A DNA stretch of 64,000 bases, taken from Vicugna vicugna. Its lineage: Eukaryota. A program made the translations under genes and the position numbers. This document shows, in pieces, positions 23,657 to 34,462 of the stretch. Location of the stretch: assembly GCA_013265495.1 (NCBI GenBank), contig MU061538.1, positions 62,001-126,000 on the forward strand, in the 5' to 3' direction. Positions within the stretch are counted from its first letter, which is position 1; each line of letters starts with the position of its first letter. The notes below the pieces were generated by a model, which was not told where the DNA came from, made no database searches, and worked only from the letters and a program-made list of their open reading frames with translations.

Positions 23657-24362
23657 GTGAGAGCGCGGGTCCCAGCCCAGTGGCAGGGAGGCTGTAGCCC
23701 CAGTTTCACTGCACTTGTTGCATGATGTCTTCTAGTCAGAACCATCTTGGTTTCGTTGTGACACTCCCTGGAACTGCTGTTCTGTGGTCTGCGTGACACT
23801 CCCTGTGGTTGAGTGTTTAGGGCAGGAAAGTGAGCAGTTTTTCTTTTACTGAAGTGTCTTTGGGGGATTGGACTTCCAGGAGTGGATTTGTGTCCGCCCA
23901 GGGTCCGGGCGAGTCCGGGTCGTGGCAGCAGAAGCCGTGGTCCTGCAGGAAGGGGCGCACCACTCTTCCCCGCCGTCAGGAGGGCTTAGCGTGCGCGGGG
24001 CTGATGGGCAGGCGTGCAGCCGGACGCTGTTGTTGCTTCTGTTGTGCTTGATTGACGGTGCTGGTTGGAGCTGGCGGGTTATTTTCTGTTATGTGACTTG
24101 TCTGTTTCACTAGTAGCTGTGAAACAAATATTTGGATCTTATAAAAAGGTGTTGGAAACACAGGAAAATAAAATTAGTGAGATTTACAACTATGACCTCA
24201 CAGCCCCAGAGCCCGGTTCAGTGCGTGTTTGCTCACGGAGCCCCTTCCTGCTCCCGAGTCGTGGCTGTGCGAAGTCCAGGAGCAGAGCACTGACCGGAGG
24301 GCTGTCCCTGGCTGGATCTTCAGGTCCATCAATAAGTGAACCATCTGAAGTGGCCACACATG

Positions 24363-24534
24363 CAGTTGACCCTTGAACGACCCGGTTAGATCTGCGCGGC
24401 TCCACCGCACGGGGTTTTTCCAGTAGGAAACGGTACAGCACTCCATGATTTGTGGCTGGCTGGATCCTTGGAGACAGGACCGTGTGTTCAGATGGGTGGC
24501 ACCCTCAGCCTCAGTGGAGTTCAGGGGTCAACTG
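24363..24534. mobile_element. Tigger2/MER8-like MITE
   Basis: TIRs CAGTTGACCCTTGAAC ... GTTCAGGGGTCAACTG (15 of 16 complementary). Confidence 0.75.
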
Positions 24535-24965
24535 TGATTACACACTGGGTGGTATTTGGCCCAGTTGTCCTCAGACAAGAGTGGTGTGGGCTGCGGGAAG
24601 GAGCTGTCCCTCTTCCGTGAAGGGGTTAGGTGGACACAGCAGACAGTGAGGTCAGCAGCCTGTGCAGGAGCCAAGGAGGACCGAGTACACTGGGGGTCCA
24701 CGGACAGTGTTGGGAGAGGGGTGGCTTCGTTTGGCCGTGAGTGCAGTGAGGCTGTGTGCGGAGGCCAGGCAGTAGTTTCCGCGAACTCTGGGCCCAGGAA
24801 GTGGGCAGAGGCCAAAGCAGCTGTGAGGAGCTGGCGAGGGGCCAAGACAGAGCTGCTTCTGGTGCCCTCAGCACGGAGAGTACGACCTCAGCCGGTCCGT
24901 TCTTGTGGGCGCGCCGCGGTCCTCCGCGGTCTCACACCCAACTGCTCTCTGGTTTATATGCTCAG

Positions 24966-25097
24966 AAATCTCATCGCCTTCTCCGAGGACGGCTCTGACC
25001 CCTACGTCCGCCTGTATCTGTTACCAGACAAGAGGAGGTCGGGAAGGAGGAAAACACACGTGTCCAAGAAAACGCTGAACCCTGTGTTTGACCAGAG
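24966..25097 (+). CDS. ESYT2: ESYT2 exon, C2C with polybasic patch (NLIAFSEDGSDPYVRLYLLPDKRRSGRRKTHVSKKTLNPVFDQ)
   Basis: gctcag| acceptor, |gtgtgt donor, 132 nt. Confidence 0.96.
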
Positions 25098-25998
25098 GTG
25101 TGTCCATCTGCGGGGGGTGGGGTGACCCTTGCAGGAAGGCCCCAGGATGTAACCGCACAGCCCTGCTGAGCTGTCATGAACTTGACAGTGTAGATAAGCA
25201 AGTAGGCTCTGGGCTTCACACGTGAACCCTCAGGCTGCACTCCACGAGCTGAGCCCTGCGCATCTTGGCATGGCTACTGCAGGGCTTAGGGTGGGCGCAT
25301 CGCCAGTGATTGGGGGACAGTGAAGTCGATGGTGCTTGAGCCGCCAACCCAGCTTATGTCCACCCGGAAGGTATCGTGGTTGCTCACAGTGACCTTACCT
25401 AAAGCAAGGTCAGAAACTGACCAGCAGACACCCGGTCCTGCTGTGGGCAGCTTGCTTGTAGGAAAGCAGTCACAGCCGTGTGTCTCTGCGAGGCCTCTGG
25501 CCTTGTCCTCTGCTTTTCCAGAGGCCCTGTGCCTGCAGCCCCATGGCTGCCTTGTGGACTTGGCTCCTAGAGGCATTTGCTCCTCAGCAGCTGGCTCCAG
25601 CCGCTGGAAGTGTCTGTAGCCCGCCCTCCACTGAGGCCATGCCCATGATGCCGGTCTTCCGCCCATCCGGGTCCTGGAGTCCGTCTCCTCGAGTCTGTGG
25701 GCCAGTCCCACACTGAACCCCAGAAGAGCTGGGAGTTGTGTCCAGACGGGACATGGGGTCACAGGCGGTCGGGCCTTGCCCACATTTAGGTGCTGGAGTC
25801 TCCTCTCACATTAGGAAAGCAATGGAGAAACCTTCATGTCTTCCTGAAATGCCAGGCGCAGACATCCAGTTGGGGGACTCAGGTTTACAATAAAGGCAAA
25901 GCATGACATGAGGACGGTCTCAGACAGATGGCTTTTAGTTGCTACAAAACAGCGCAGGTCACAGAGGAGCTTAGGAGTGGTCCTCTCTCCCGCTTCAG

Positions 25999-26104
25999 CT
26001 TCGACTTCAGCGTCTCGTTGCCGGAGGTGCAGAGGAGGACTCTGGACGTCGCAGTGAAGAACAGCGGTGGCTTCCTGTCCAAAGACAAAGGGCTTCTTGG
26101 CAAA
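25999..26104 (+). CDS. ESYT2: ESYT2 exon (FDFSVSLPEVQRRTLDVAVKNSGGFLSKDKGLLGK)
   Basis: cttcag| acceptor, |gtaagt donor, 106 nt. Confidence 0.96.
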
Positions 26105-26465
26105 GTAAGTCTGACACGATCCTTGATCAGTTCCTGCGTTTCGTAGAAGTTAAGCACGTACCCAAAGTGCCTTTCTCGGACCAGCATCACACGGGCGGAC
26201 AGCCCATGTCTGCTGCGCTGCCGTCAGCGGCACGGGAGCCAGTGTCCCCAAGAGGCGTCATGATAACTTAAGTGCAAGACTGCCGAGCACAGGGGCCCCC
26301 GTGGGTGTGACCAGTGTGGGGTTCACAGGCAGCTCCTCAGGGAAGAAAAATTGAAAAACGAGACTCAAGACGAGGGTGGTGCCATGTTGCCCCGAGTAAG
26401 ACCGAGAAGATGGAAGAAATGGTGAAAGGCGTAGAACCCACTCCAGCAAATGTCTTCTCCCCCAG

Positions 26466-26515
26466 GTGCTGGTCAGCCTGGCATCTGAAGAGCTCACCAA
26501 AGGCTGGACCCAGTG
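26466..26515 (+). CDS. ESYT2: ESYT2 penultimate coding exon (VLVSLASEELTKGWTQW)
   Basis: ccccag| acceptor, |gtgagt donor, 50 nt; followed by an 87-nt intron. Confidence 0.94.
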
Positions 26516-26602
26516 GTGAGTGTCCCGATCGTAGGCAGGGAGCCCGGGGTGTTCGTGCAGGGGTGCCCCCATGACCGTGTCTGCCTTCTTCCCAACTCCC
26601 AG

Positions 26603-26648
26603 GTACGACCTCACAGAAGATGGGACGCGGCCACACGTGGTGCCGTAG
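26603..26648 (+). CDS. ESYT2: ESYT2 last coding segment (YDLTEDGTRPHVVP*)
   Basis: tcccag| acceptor; TAG stop at 26646-26648. Confidence 0.94.
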
Positions 26649-29280
26649 GCGCTGCCCGGGGAGCCCTCCCGCTGCCCCGCCTCTGTGCCCGGACACGCCT
26701 CCCTCGGACGCACCAATGCTGTTTTTATAATTTCGTGTGTTCAGTCACGTGTACCTTATGGTTTTATAAAACATGTTGACATTTTAGGCGTATTTAGCCA
26801 ATATTATCCTTGAATTTTGTATGCTTGATTTACTCCAGTATTCCCGCCAGGTGTCACGGCGTGCAGCAGGGTGGCAGTTAGCTGCCGTGTGACGTGCAGT
26901 GTGTGTGGGTTGCATCCACTAGGAGGTGCTCTATGATGGCCTTGTTGTGTGTATCGCTGAGGTACTTACGCTGTGTAAATAGACTCTATTTTTTATAGTC
27001 TCTACATGCTGGTTTCAATTCAGAGGAAAATAGATCAAGGAAATATATATATTTTTTCTTCTAAAACTTATTAAATTCTTATGACAAATAATAATTTTTG
27101 TCTTTGCAGGAAAAAGTTCTCAGTGACCTATTTTGTGGTGTTTCTTTTTAAAAAGAAAGCCTGAAAGTTTAGTAAATATTAGTATATTTCTGCCCATTAT
27201 GAATGATGAAAGAATGTATTCAAAATATTTACACTTCCAAAAATACAAACATGTATTATCAAGAAGTCACTTGAAGTGCTTATAAGGAAAAATGTATAAC
27301 TGAGTAATATAAGATATTAAGAGTTGTCATGGCTCATAAACCATAGTGTGCTTATCTGAAATTTCTTGCATAAAATGAAGTGTCTTAAGTGTATTTTCAG
27401 TTGCTTGTTATAACTTACTCATGGGACAGTGCTCAGTACACAGCGACCCTTTCCTGGAATGTCACTCAGGCAGATCTTCAATGGCAGCAGTTAGGCTCTT
27501 GTGCAATTTTCAGTGTTTTCTCAGCCCGCACTGTGTCCCAGAGGCTGGGAGGTGGATTGGGGTCCGCAGACGGGAAACCAAGTCTGGACGTTGCACGCAG
27601 GGTGGGCTCCCCGGGCTGGCACCCGCCCGAGGGGTCTCCGCTCGCGGCTCTGGGCATCTGTGACCGCCTCCCAGGCTTCTCCACTTGTGCTACCAGACCT
27701 CGGCGCTGGGCCGCTGTTTCACAGTTTCCATTGGGGAATATATTTTTCTTCTTAGATTATGAAAAGCATGCTTTCTGTACTTAAACAGCTGAAGCCTCTG
27801 GGAGGGAGGCTCCTTCACAGCGTCCCAGCTGTGCGGGCAGGCCGGGTGACACCAACAACTCCCGAGCAGTGAGGACGCCAGGCCACGCGCAGACGTGGGA
27901 CAGGCACGCTGGGGCTGCCCGGGCGCGTTGGCTGCCTCACACTGTGCACCATGGCTGACGTGTCAGGGGCTCTGACCTCGCGGCGCAGGCTCTTGTGCTC
28001 TCCTCAGCAGTGAAACTTCACGCTGAAGCTGCTTCCTGTCGTCACAGGAGGACGCTGACGTGCAGGGACGCAGGCTCATGGAACACGTGAGGCCGGTGTG
28101 TTAGCAGCATGGCAAGGACATGTACTTCATAGACCTCGCTCTGCCCGTGGCATTGAGTTTGTTGGAGATTTTTTTAAAATGAGGGTTGCTGAAGGGCTTC
28201 TGGTGTAATTTCTAAAAGAGGAGAAATACTCTGAAATGTTAGGATAGCAGTGATTTCTGCCAACATCCTCAGTTTCGGGGCTTTGCAGCCATGCGTGTCC
28301 CCTCTTCAGTGTGTTGTATTGCTGGAATGCCTCACTTAGGCAAATAGGTTCAAAACCCACACAAAGCCAGTGGCAGCATGAGGCCCACCCTCTGTGGATG
28401 GTGGGGCTGGACAACCCCAGCGGCCGGCTCCATTCTCTTTGAAAGGGAAGGAGGAGTGGAAAGGGACTATTCTGTGGTCACTGAAACTCCTCCCACGTAG
28501 ACTCTGCCTTTACGGCAGACGGGCCATCACAGGCGACCTCACACACCCGCGGGGCGGCTGAGCATCCCCGTCAGGCCGGACGCTGGAGGCCCAGGACGTG
28601 CATCGCCAGTGCTCAGTAACTGACTGGTCCGGGAAAGGGAACTTTAACTTCTCTACGTGGAGGGAAAATTAAGGTAGGCGAGTTTGAACTCAGTTACTGT
28701 ATTGCTCATCCTGTGCCTTAAAGTAGGAAGTCTGAGGTGTTGTTTCAAGTTTCAGGTTAAAACAGAAGCAGCCTTGTAGCTGTATTTGCCACGATTTGTC
28801 CATCCTGTGGGAATTCCGCACACAGACGCTCCTGTCAGGAGGCCAGGCCTCCTTTGCAGACCAGCGTGTGTGCCCACCTGGGGCTGTGCCGGACGCTGCG
28901 GCAGGTGCTGGTACGCGGCCGAAGGTCCTCTCTGCTCAGCTGACGTTACACGACGGCGCAGGGATTTACTCAGTCAGACTTCCACGTGAGCTCGCTTGTG
29001 ACTTGTATCCCCTTTGTCTCTTGAAGTGAGTTTTTAGTGTGGAACCAGAGAATTTAAAGCAGATGAGATGATAGAATTTATGTTTGCTGTTTGTGAATTC
29101 TTTCATGTTCAGGAGAAGCAGGCCACTGGTAAAGGAACGTCCGATCACTGGCATGAGTCTTTAGTTTCTGTCTTCATTGGCCTGTCCTCGGCCGGCCTCA
29201 GACTCTGGGCTTTGAAAACGGGATTATTTCCTGGAAGATACTCACGAGTAGAAAACAGTCTTTTAAATGCACTCACTTTG
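26649..29280 (+). other. ESYT2: Probable ESYT2 3' UTR (3' end uncertain)
   Basis: Follows the stop codon; AU-rich block at about 26700-27420; no canonical AATAAA seen, so the end coordinate is a guess. Confidence 0.45.
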
Positions 29281-30379
29281 TAACTAGCACCAAGAGAAGT
29301 GGAAGTGGGCCTGGTCTGAACAAACGGAGGCGCGGGCCAGGGCGGGTCTATGTGCGGCCGCCCCTCCCGGCCCCCAGCACCTGGCCCTCTGGGTTTCCTT
29401 CTGCGTTGCTGGCCTCTAGGCTCTTCGCTGTCTTCTGACCCCAGACTGTAAGTGTGGAGGAGCGCAGGTTTTGGGTCTGTTTATTGTTTTGCATTCTGCT
29501 TAATACCGTTGGCACCTGTGGTTTCCCGTACAGACAGTGCTGCTAAGCTCAGGACCGTCTGCCCCTCTCCTCTGTCCCTCTGCTCTGTGTCCCGTCTGCC
29601 TGTCCAGTGCTTCAGCTGGAGACCTAGACCATCCTGACGCCCCCTCCGTGTGTCTGCACACGCAGACGCCCAGCCCTTTAGTTCTGCGGGCGGTGTACCC
29701 CGTCCGCCAGGAGTCCCGGGAGCCCAGTTACCTCCCAGCTCACGCAGCTGGCCCACATTCTCCACATGGCGGCCAGAGGGACCTTTTTAAGTCCAGATCG
29801 AATGCACCATCTGCTGTCTCCCGTTGCTCTCAGAACAGAGACCGCTGTGGTCTGGTGTATTGTGTGTGGCCCTGGGGCCCCGGGGCCTTCCCAGTGGATC
29901 TGCTCCTGTCGGCCCCTCCCCGTCCGTGATGCCCCGCACAGGACTCACACCTGCCTCCCCCGACCCTGCCCCATCTGACCTCCCCCTCCCGCCCCGCTAC
30001 TCACCGCAGGTGGTTTCCTCCACGTTCTGACCGACCCTTCGGTCCAGGTTCAGTCTTCTGTTGGAAGGGCCACGTTGCTCCTGTTTGTCATGCTTAACAC
30101 AAGTGTGATTTAGACCTGTTTACGGCCGTTTCCCGCCTGGACTGTAGGGCTCCTGGGCAGGGTTATGTGGGTGTTTCTAAGTCTTTTCTAATCGTTTACT
30201 ACTGCTCCTCGCACATGGTTGGTGGATAAATATCTGTTGGATAAAGGGTGTATGAAGTTGGGCAGACCTTAAACAACAGTAATTTTCCACTTAAAGACAG
30301 ACGCCCATGGACAGTTCATAGTAACATTGTGAGACAAGGTACAAAGCCAGTTATCTGAGAAGCCACTGAGGCAGGAAAG

Positions 30380-30630
30380 TGGGAAGGGAGCCGGGAACCT
30401 GTGTTCAGTGTTAATCTGGAAATCCTGGGCAATACAGTATGAAAAGAAAATGATTATGAATTTTGTGTTGGGCAAGAAGGTCATTCTCAAATATGAGATT
30501 GTCTCCCTGAAAAACCTAAGAAATTCATCTGAAAACTTTTGAATTGAACAAGTATTGAATAAAGGGCCAGTCATAAAAACTTAAATTTCTGTGTCTTATG
30601 CACTAATATTAACGGCTATTAGAAAATATG
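30380..30630 (+). mobile_element. Degraded L1 ORF2 remnant
   Basis: A-rich stretch resembling the L1 RT-downstream region (CCTAAGAAATTCATCTGAAAACTTTTGAATTG...). Confidence 0.45.
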
Positions 30631-31049
30631 ACGGGAAACGTCACGCAGCAGCCTTGGAGCTGCAACTGCGCTGAGCACCTGCAGCCAGTCGGGGTGCAGA
30701 ATGGGTGGGGGCCCCCAGGGGACTGTCACCACTCACCTGTCTGGCCCCTGGGGCAGCCACGTGAGAACAGTTTGTGGCGATTGTTTGGCACCACCCCAGG
30801 CAGCTGCAGTGTCACCGACTGGGACAGACAAGAGCTGACCAAAACATTCTGAAGGAAAACCTAGGAAAGAGAGGTCCCAAGGGTGCTTTGAAAAACTCTG
30901 GTGTTCCAGGGGCTCTGGAAAGACGTGTGCATCTGCCCAGGAGAGGCCTGTGCGAGAACGGTCTGCCACCTCCAGCTGGTGTTGAGGCTCTGCAAGCGGG
31001 ACGCAAAGAAAGGCAGTTGTCGACTGCCTGACGGGATGTGGAACACAGA

Positions 31050-31370
31050 CCACCTCCCACACACACATGCCCTCCCCCCCTACATGCACACACACTCCCC
31101 CATGTACACACACTCCCCTCCTCCCTGCACATGCACTCCCCCCTCCACCCCTCCACACTCCCCCCCTNNNNNNNNNNNNNNNNNNNNNNNNNNNNNNNNN
31201 NNNNNNNNNNNNNNNNNCCTCCCCCGCCTGCTCCCCCCACATACGTCCTATGTACCCATACTCCCCCCACTCCCCCCTCCACATGTACACACACCCCCCC
31301 ACAACACTCCCCACACACACACCTCACACACACACACTCCCCCCGTGTACACACATGCTCTCCATACATA
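31050..31370. repeat. C/CA-rich low-complexity tract containing an assembly gap (N x50 at 31168-31217)
   Basis: Direct observation. Confidence 0.95.
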
Positions 31371-31779
31371 CCCTCAGGCCCTCAGCAGAGGCTGAGAGAC
31401 CCGTCCACAGTACGTAAGGAAATCTCCGACTGTTAGCTAGCTGACCAAGAAGGCTAACCTAGCAGACTTTGGAGGCCGCACATAACAAAGAATACAATTT
31501 TTAACCGACTACTCCAAGAAAGTTACTAAGAAACACCCAGGTTGGAGGGGAGCACTCTAGAGTTGTCGCAAACATTTTTTTAAATGTTCAGTTTACAATA
31601 ATAAGAGAAACATGAGGCATGTGAAGAACCGCACATAATGGGCCGTACCAGCCGAAAGAGCAGCCAGCAGGAAGTGCACGTGCGGAAGCCCAGATGTCAG
31701 ACAGGCAGGTGGACCTGTCAGCGGCCACCCCAGTGCACCCAAGTACAACTATGTCTGAAGGTTTCAAGGGAAGTTTGAG

Positions 31780-32200
31780 GCTGATTCTCAGCAAAACGGT
31801 GAAAAATCAATGGAGAGAAATTATCAGATGGATGAAATAGAAATTCTGAGTTTACAGTATGGTAAGTGGCATGTAAATTTCACTGGAGGATTTCAACACT
31901 AGGTTTGAGCTGACACAAGAGTCAGAAAACTTGAGAAGTCACTCAGATCTTGTCTGAGGACAAAAAACAAGAATAGTGAACAGGCCACCAACACGTCACC
32001 AACACACAGTGACGTCCCAGAGGGGAGGTGGGAGCAGAACCAGGACATTCAGAAGTAAAGGACAAACATGCTTAAAGTTGGTGGAAAACAGGACACATTA
32101 AAGAAGCCCAGCAAACTCCGGGTCAGACAGACTTAAAGGCCACAGCAGGCACGTCTTCCTCAAACTGGTGAATGTCAAAGACAAAATCTTAGCACTTCAA
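31780..32200 (+). mobile_element. Degraded L1 ORF1 remnant
   Basis: GAAATTCTGAG, TCACTGGAGG, GTCCCAGAGGGGAG and AAGAAGCCCAGCAAACTCC occur in the order seen in old L1 ORF1. Confidence 0.55.
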
Positions 32201-34249
32201 GAGGGGCCGTACACACAAGGGCTCCTCAGCAAGACCCTGCCGCCCGCTGGCGCGAGACCACGGGGAGCAGGGCGGGGCCGGGGCGCAGGTGCCCCCGGCC
32301 CCGTTTGTCACTGCTGCTGGCCCACCTGCCCTGCAGGAGCACGCAAGGTGTCTGCGTGTGCTTACTGGGGGCTGCTCCTAACCACTCTCTTTAGATGAGC
32401 CCTAGGGTCCTGCCCCGGGGACCACCGCGGCTCCGGGCCCCACCTCCGTGCTCAGATGCACGTCTGGCCCCACTGACCGGGAGCAAGCCACACACCTCTG
32501 CTGCCGCTTCCCACCGTGAAGCAGGGTGGCCGTGAGCCTGCCCGGGAGGCGGAGGGGCGGGGTGGAGGGTGAGCTGGCTCCCCGCCCTGCCCTCCCCTTC
32601 AGATCGCAATGTGAGAGCCTCTGCTCCACGCTCACCTGGCAGGCGGCCACACAGACAGGGCGGTGGCTGCCACCAGCCTCACCATCCCCTGCCATCCCAG
32701 GCACTGGCCAAGGCCTGCTCGGTGGTGAGACTGCGGGCCCCGCCCAGCCTGGTTCGGATGATGCGGCCTCCTCTCCCCTCCCACAGTGTAAAGGGGCGAC
32801 ACAGTTTGTGTTTACAGCTTTCCTTCATTGGGGTATAAAACACACACAAATGTGCAGAAACCCTGACTATTCTGCCTTGAATTTTCACCTGTGGCTGCCA
32901 CGTGACCAGGTCGCGGCAGCCGGGGCCCCCTCCCGTGGCAGCAGCTCCTATCCCAGCACCCGCCCTCCAGGTGAGCCAGTCAGAGTCAGAGCTCTGAGTG
33001 CACCTGGCTTTTGTTCTAGGGCTTGTTTGTGGCAGACGCGTGATGTCTCTGGCCTGGGGCAGGGCTGGGGCGAGAGCAGCGTTGCAGAGAGAAGTGAGGC
33101 TGGTCAGCGCGGGCTTTGTACACCTCCTGCCTCCAAGAAGCCGGCCCACAGCCCTGCAGATGCACCTGCGGGGCCAGGCCTGTGGGAGAGAGGGACTTCT
33201 AGGTCCAAAAGAGACCCTCCCTTGTCCCAAGACTCCCCCAGACGGAACCCCCGTTGGCTGGGACGCGGGTCCTCCTTGGAGCAGGACCCACCACACGCAC
33301 TTCTTTCCTTCGAAGGAACTCCAGACGGGACCCCAGAGACCAGGCCGGTTACCGCAGCAAGCGCAGCGTGGATCTCCTCCGACGTGAGGATGGGGTGGAG
33401 GGCTGCGCCTCACGGGGCTCTGACAGCCGCCCCGTCCGCAGTCTCACCAGGACAGTCACACTCGCCACAGCTTTCCTGGAATCTAACCCTGACTGAGGGC
33501 CTTGGGGAGCCCGGTCCTGCGTGTTTTGGGTCTTTTCATTTCCTTGAGCTGCTGAAGTTGGATTTCTCTCCGTAATGAAAGCCAGAGCTATTTGTGAAAG
33601 TTTTCCAATTAAATAAAGAGGTGGAGACGCAGCCCCTGTTCCACATGTAACCTCACCTCCTCCTGATGTACACTTTGGTTCTCCTTTCTAAATTCGCTTT
33701 TCCCTTCCTTACAAATATTTGTATCAAACAACCTCTTTGTTTTGCCTGAGATTTCCTTTTACTTGTCCACGATTTTGCAAGCTGCTTCAACCCTCAGTTT
33801 GAGAGACTAAGCTTTTTATTTATGAACATTTTAATGTTACTTAAATGAAACATAACACCAGCGCTTCTTGGATCACTTTTTATCAACAGTTCTTCCAAAC
33901 TCCTGCCCGGAGGTGGTGCCGTGAAAGGGTCCCTCACAACTTCCAAACGTGAGTGTCCCAAACTGAGGAACCAGGGCTGGCACAGCTGTGACGTCTGTTC
34001 TTTCAGGCTGAGCATCGGGACAGCCTTGGTGAAATTCTACTGTAGACTCAACATTCCCCTTCTTTAAAACTGTAAACCCGAGACGCACCTGGTTGACCTT
34101 CTCCAAACAAAATAAAAGGCAAAACGCTGATAACCCTCCGTCCCGCTCAGTGACATTCAGATCGCAGCCCAGCACGCACGCACGAGGCCATGTGTGCAAG
34201 GCTGTGAGGGGTCAGCACCTGCCTACACGGACCAAACGTACTTATGTGC

Positions 34250-34462
34250 CTGTGCGGGCACGCGTGTGTGTGCACGTGTGTGTGGGCATGGGCATGTGTG
34301 CGCTGTGTGTGCACCTGAGTGTACTATGCGCCTTATGTTACGTACGTGTCCACACGCACATGTGCGACCGCATGTAAATGTGCTCGTGTGCACGTGTTTT
34401 GTGCATATGCATGTTATGTGCGCGTGTGTGCATACTCATGTGTGAGTGCACACGTGTGTGTT
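34250..34462. repeat. Degenerate (TG)/(CA) alternating purine-pyrimidine tract
   Basis: Direct observation. Confidence 0.85.

Larger units (their letters stand above)
1957..26648 (+). other. ESYT2: ESYT2 gene body, 3' portion (5' exons lie upstream of the window)
   Basis: 16 exons with AG/GT boundaries splice in continuous phase into the SMP end, three C2 domains and the C-terminus WTQWYDLTEDGTRP of extended synaptotagmin-2. Confidence 0.97.

Noticed and set aside
32526..33575. 349-aa ORF and the overlapping 244-aa antisense ORF
   Set aside because: Non-ATG start (GTG), low-complexity P/G/A/S composition, no recognisable domain, and open frames on both strands as expected in GC-rich DNA
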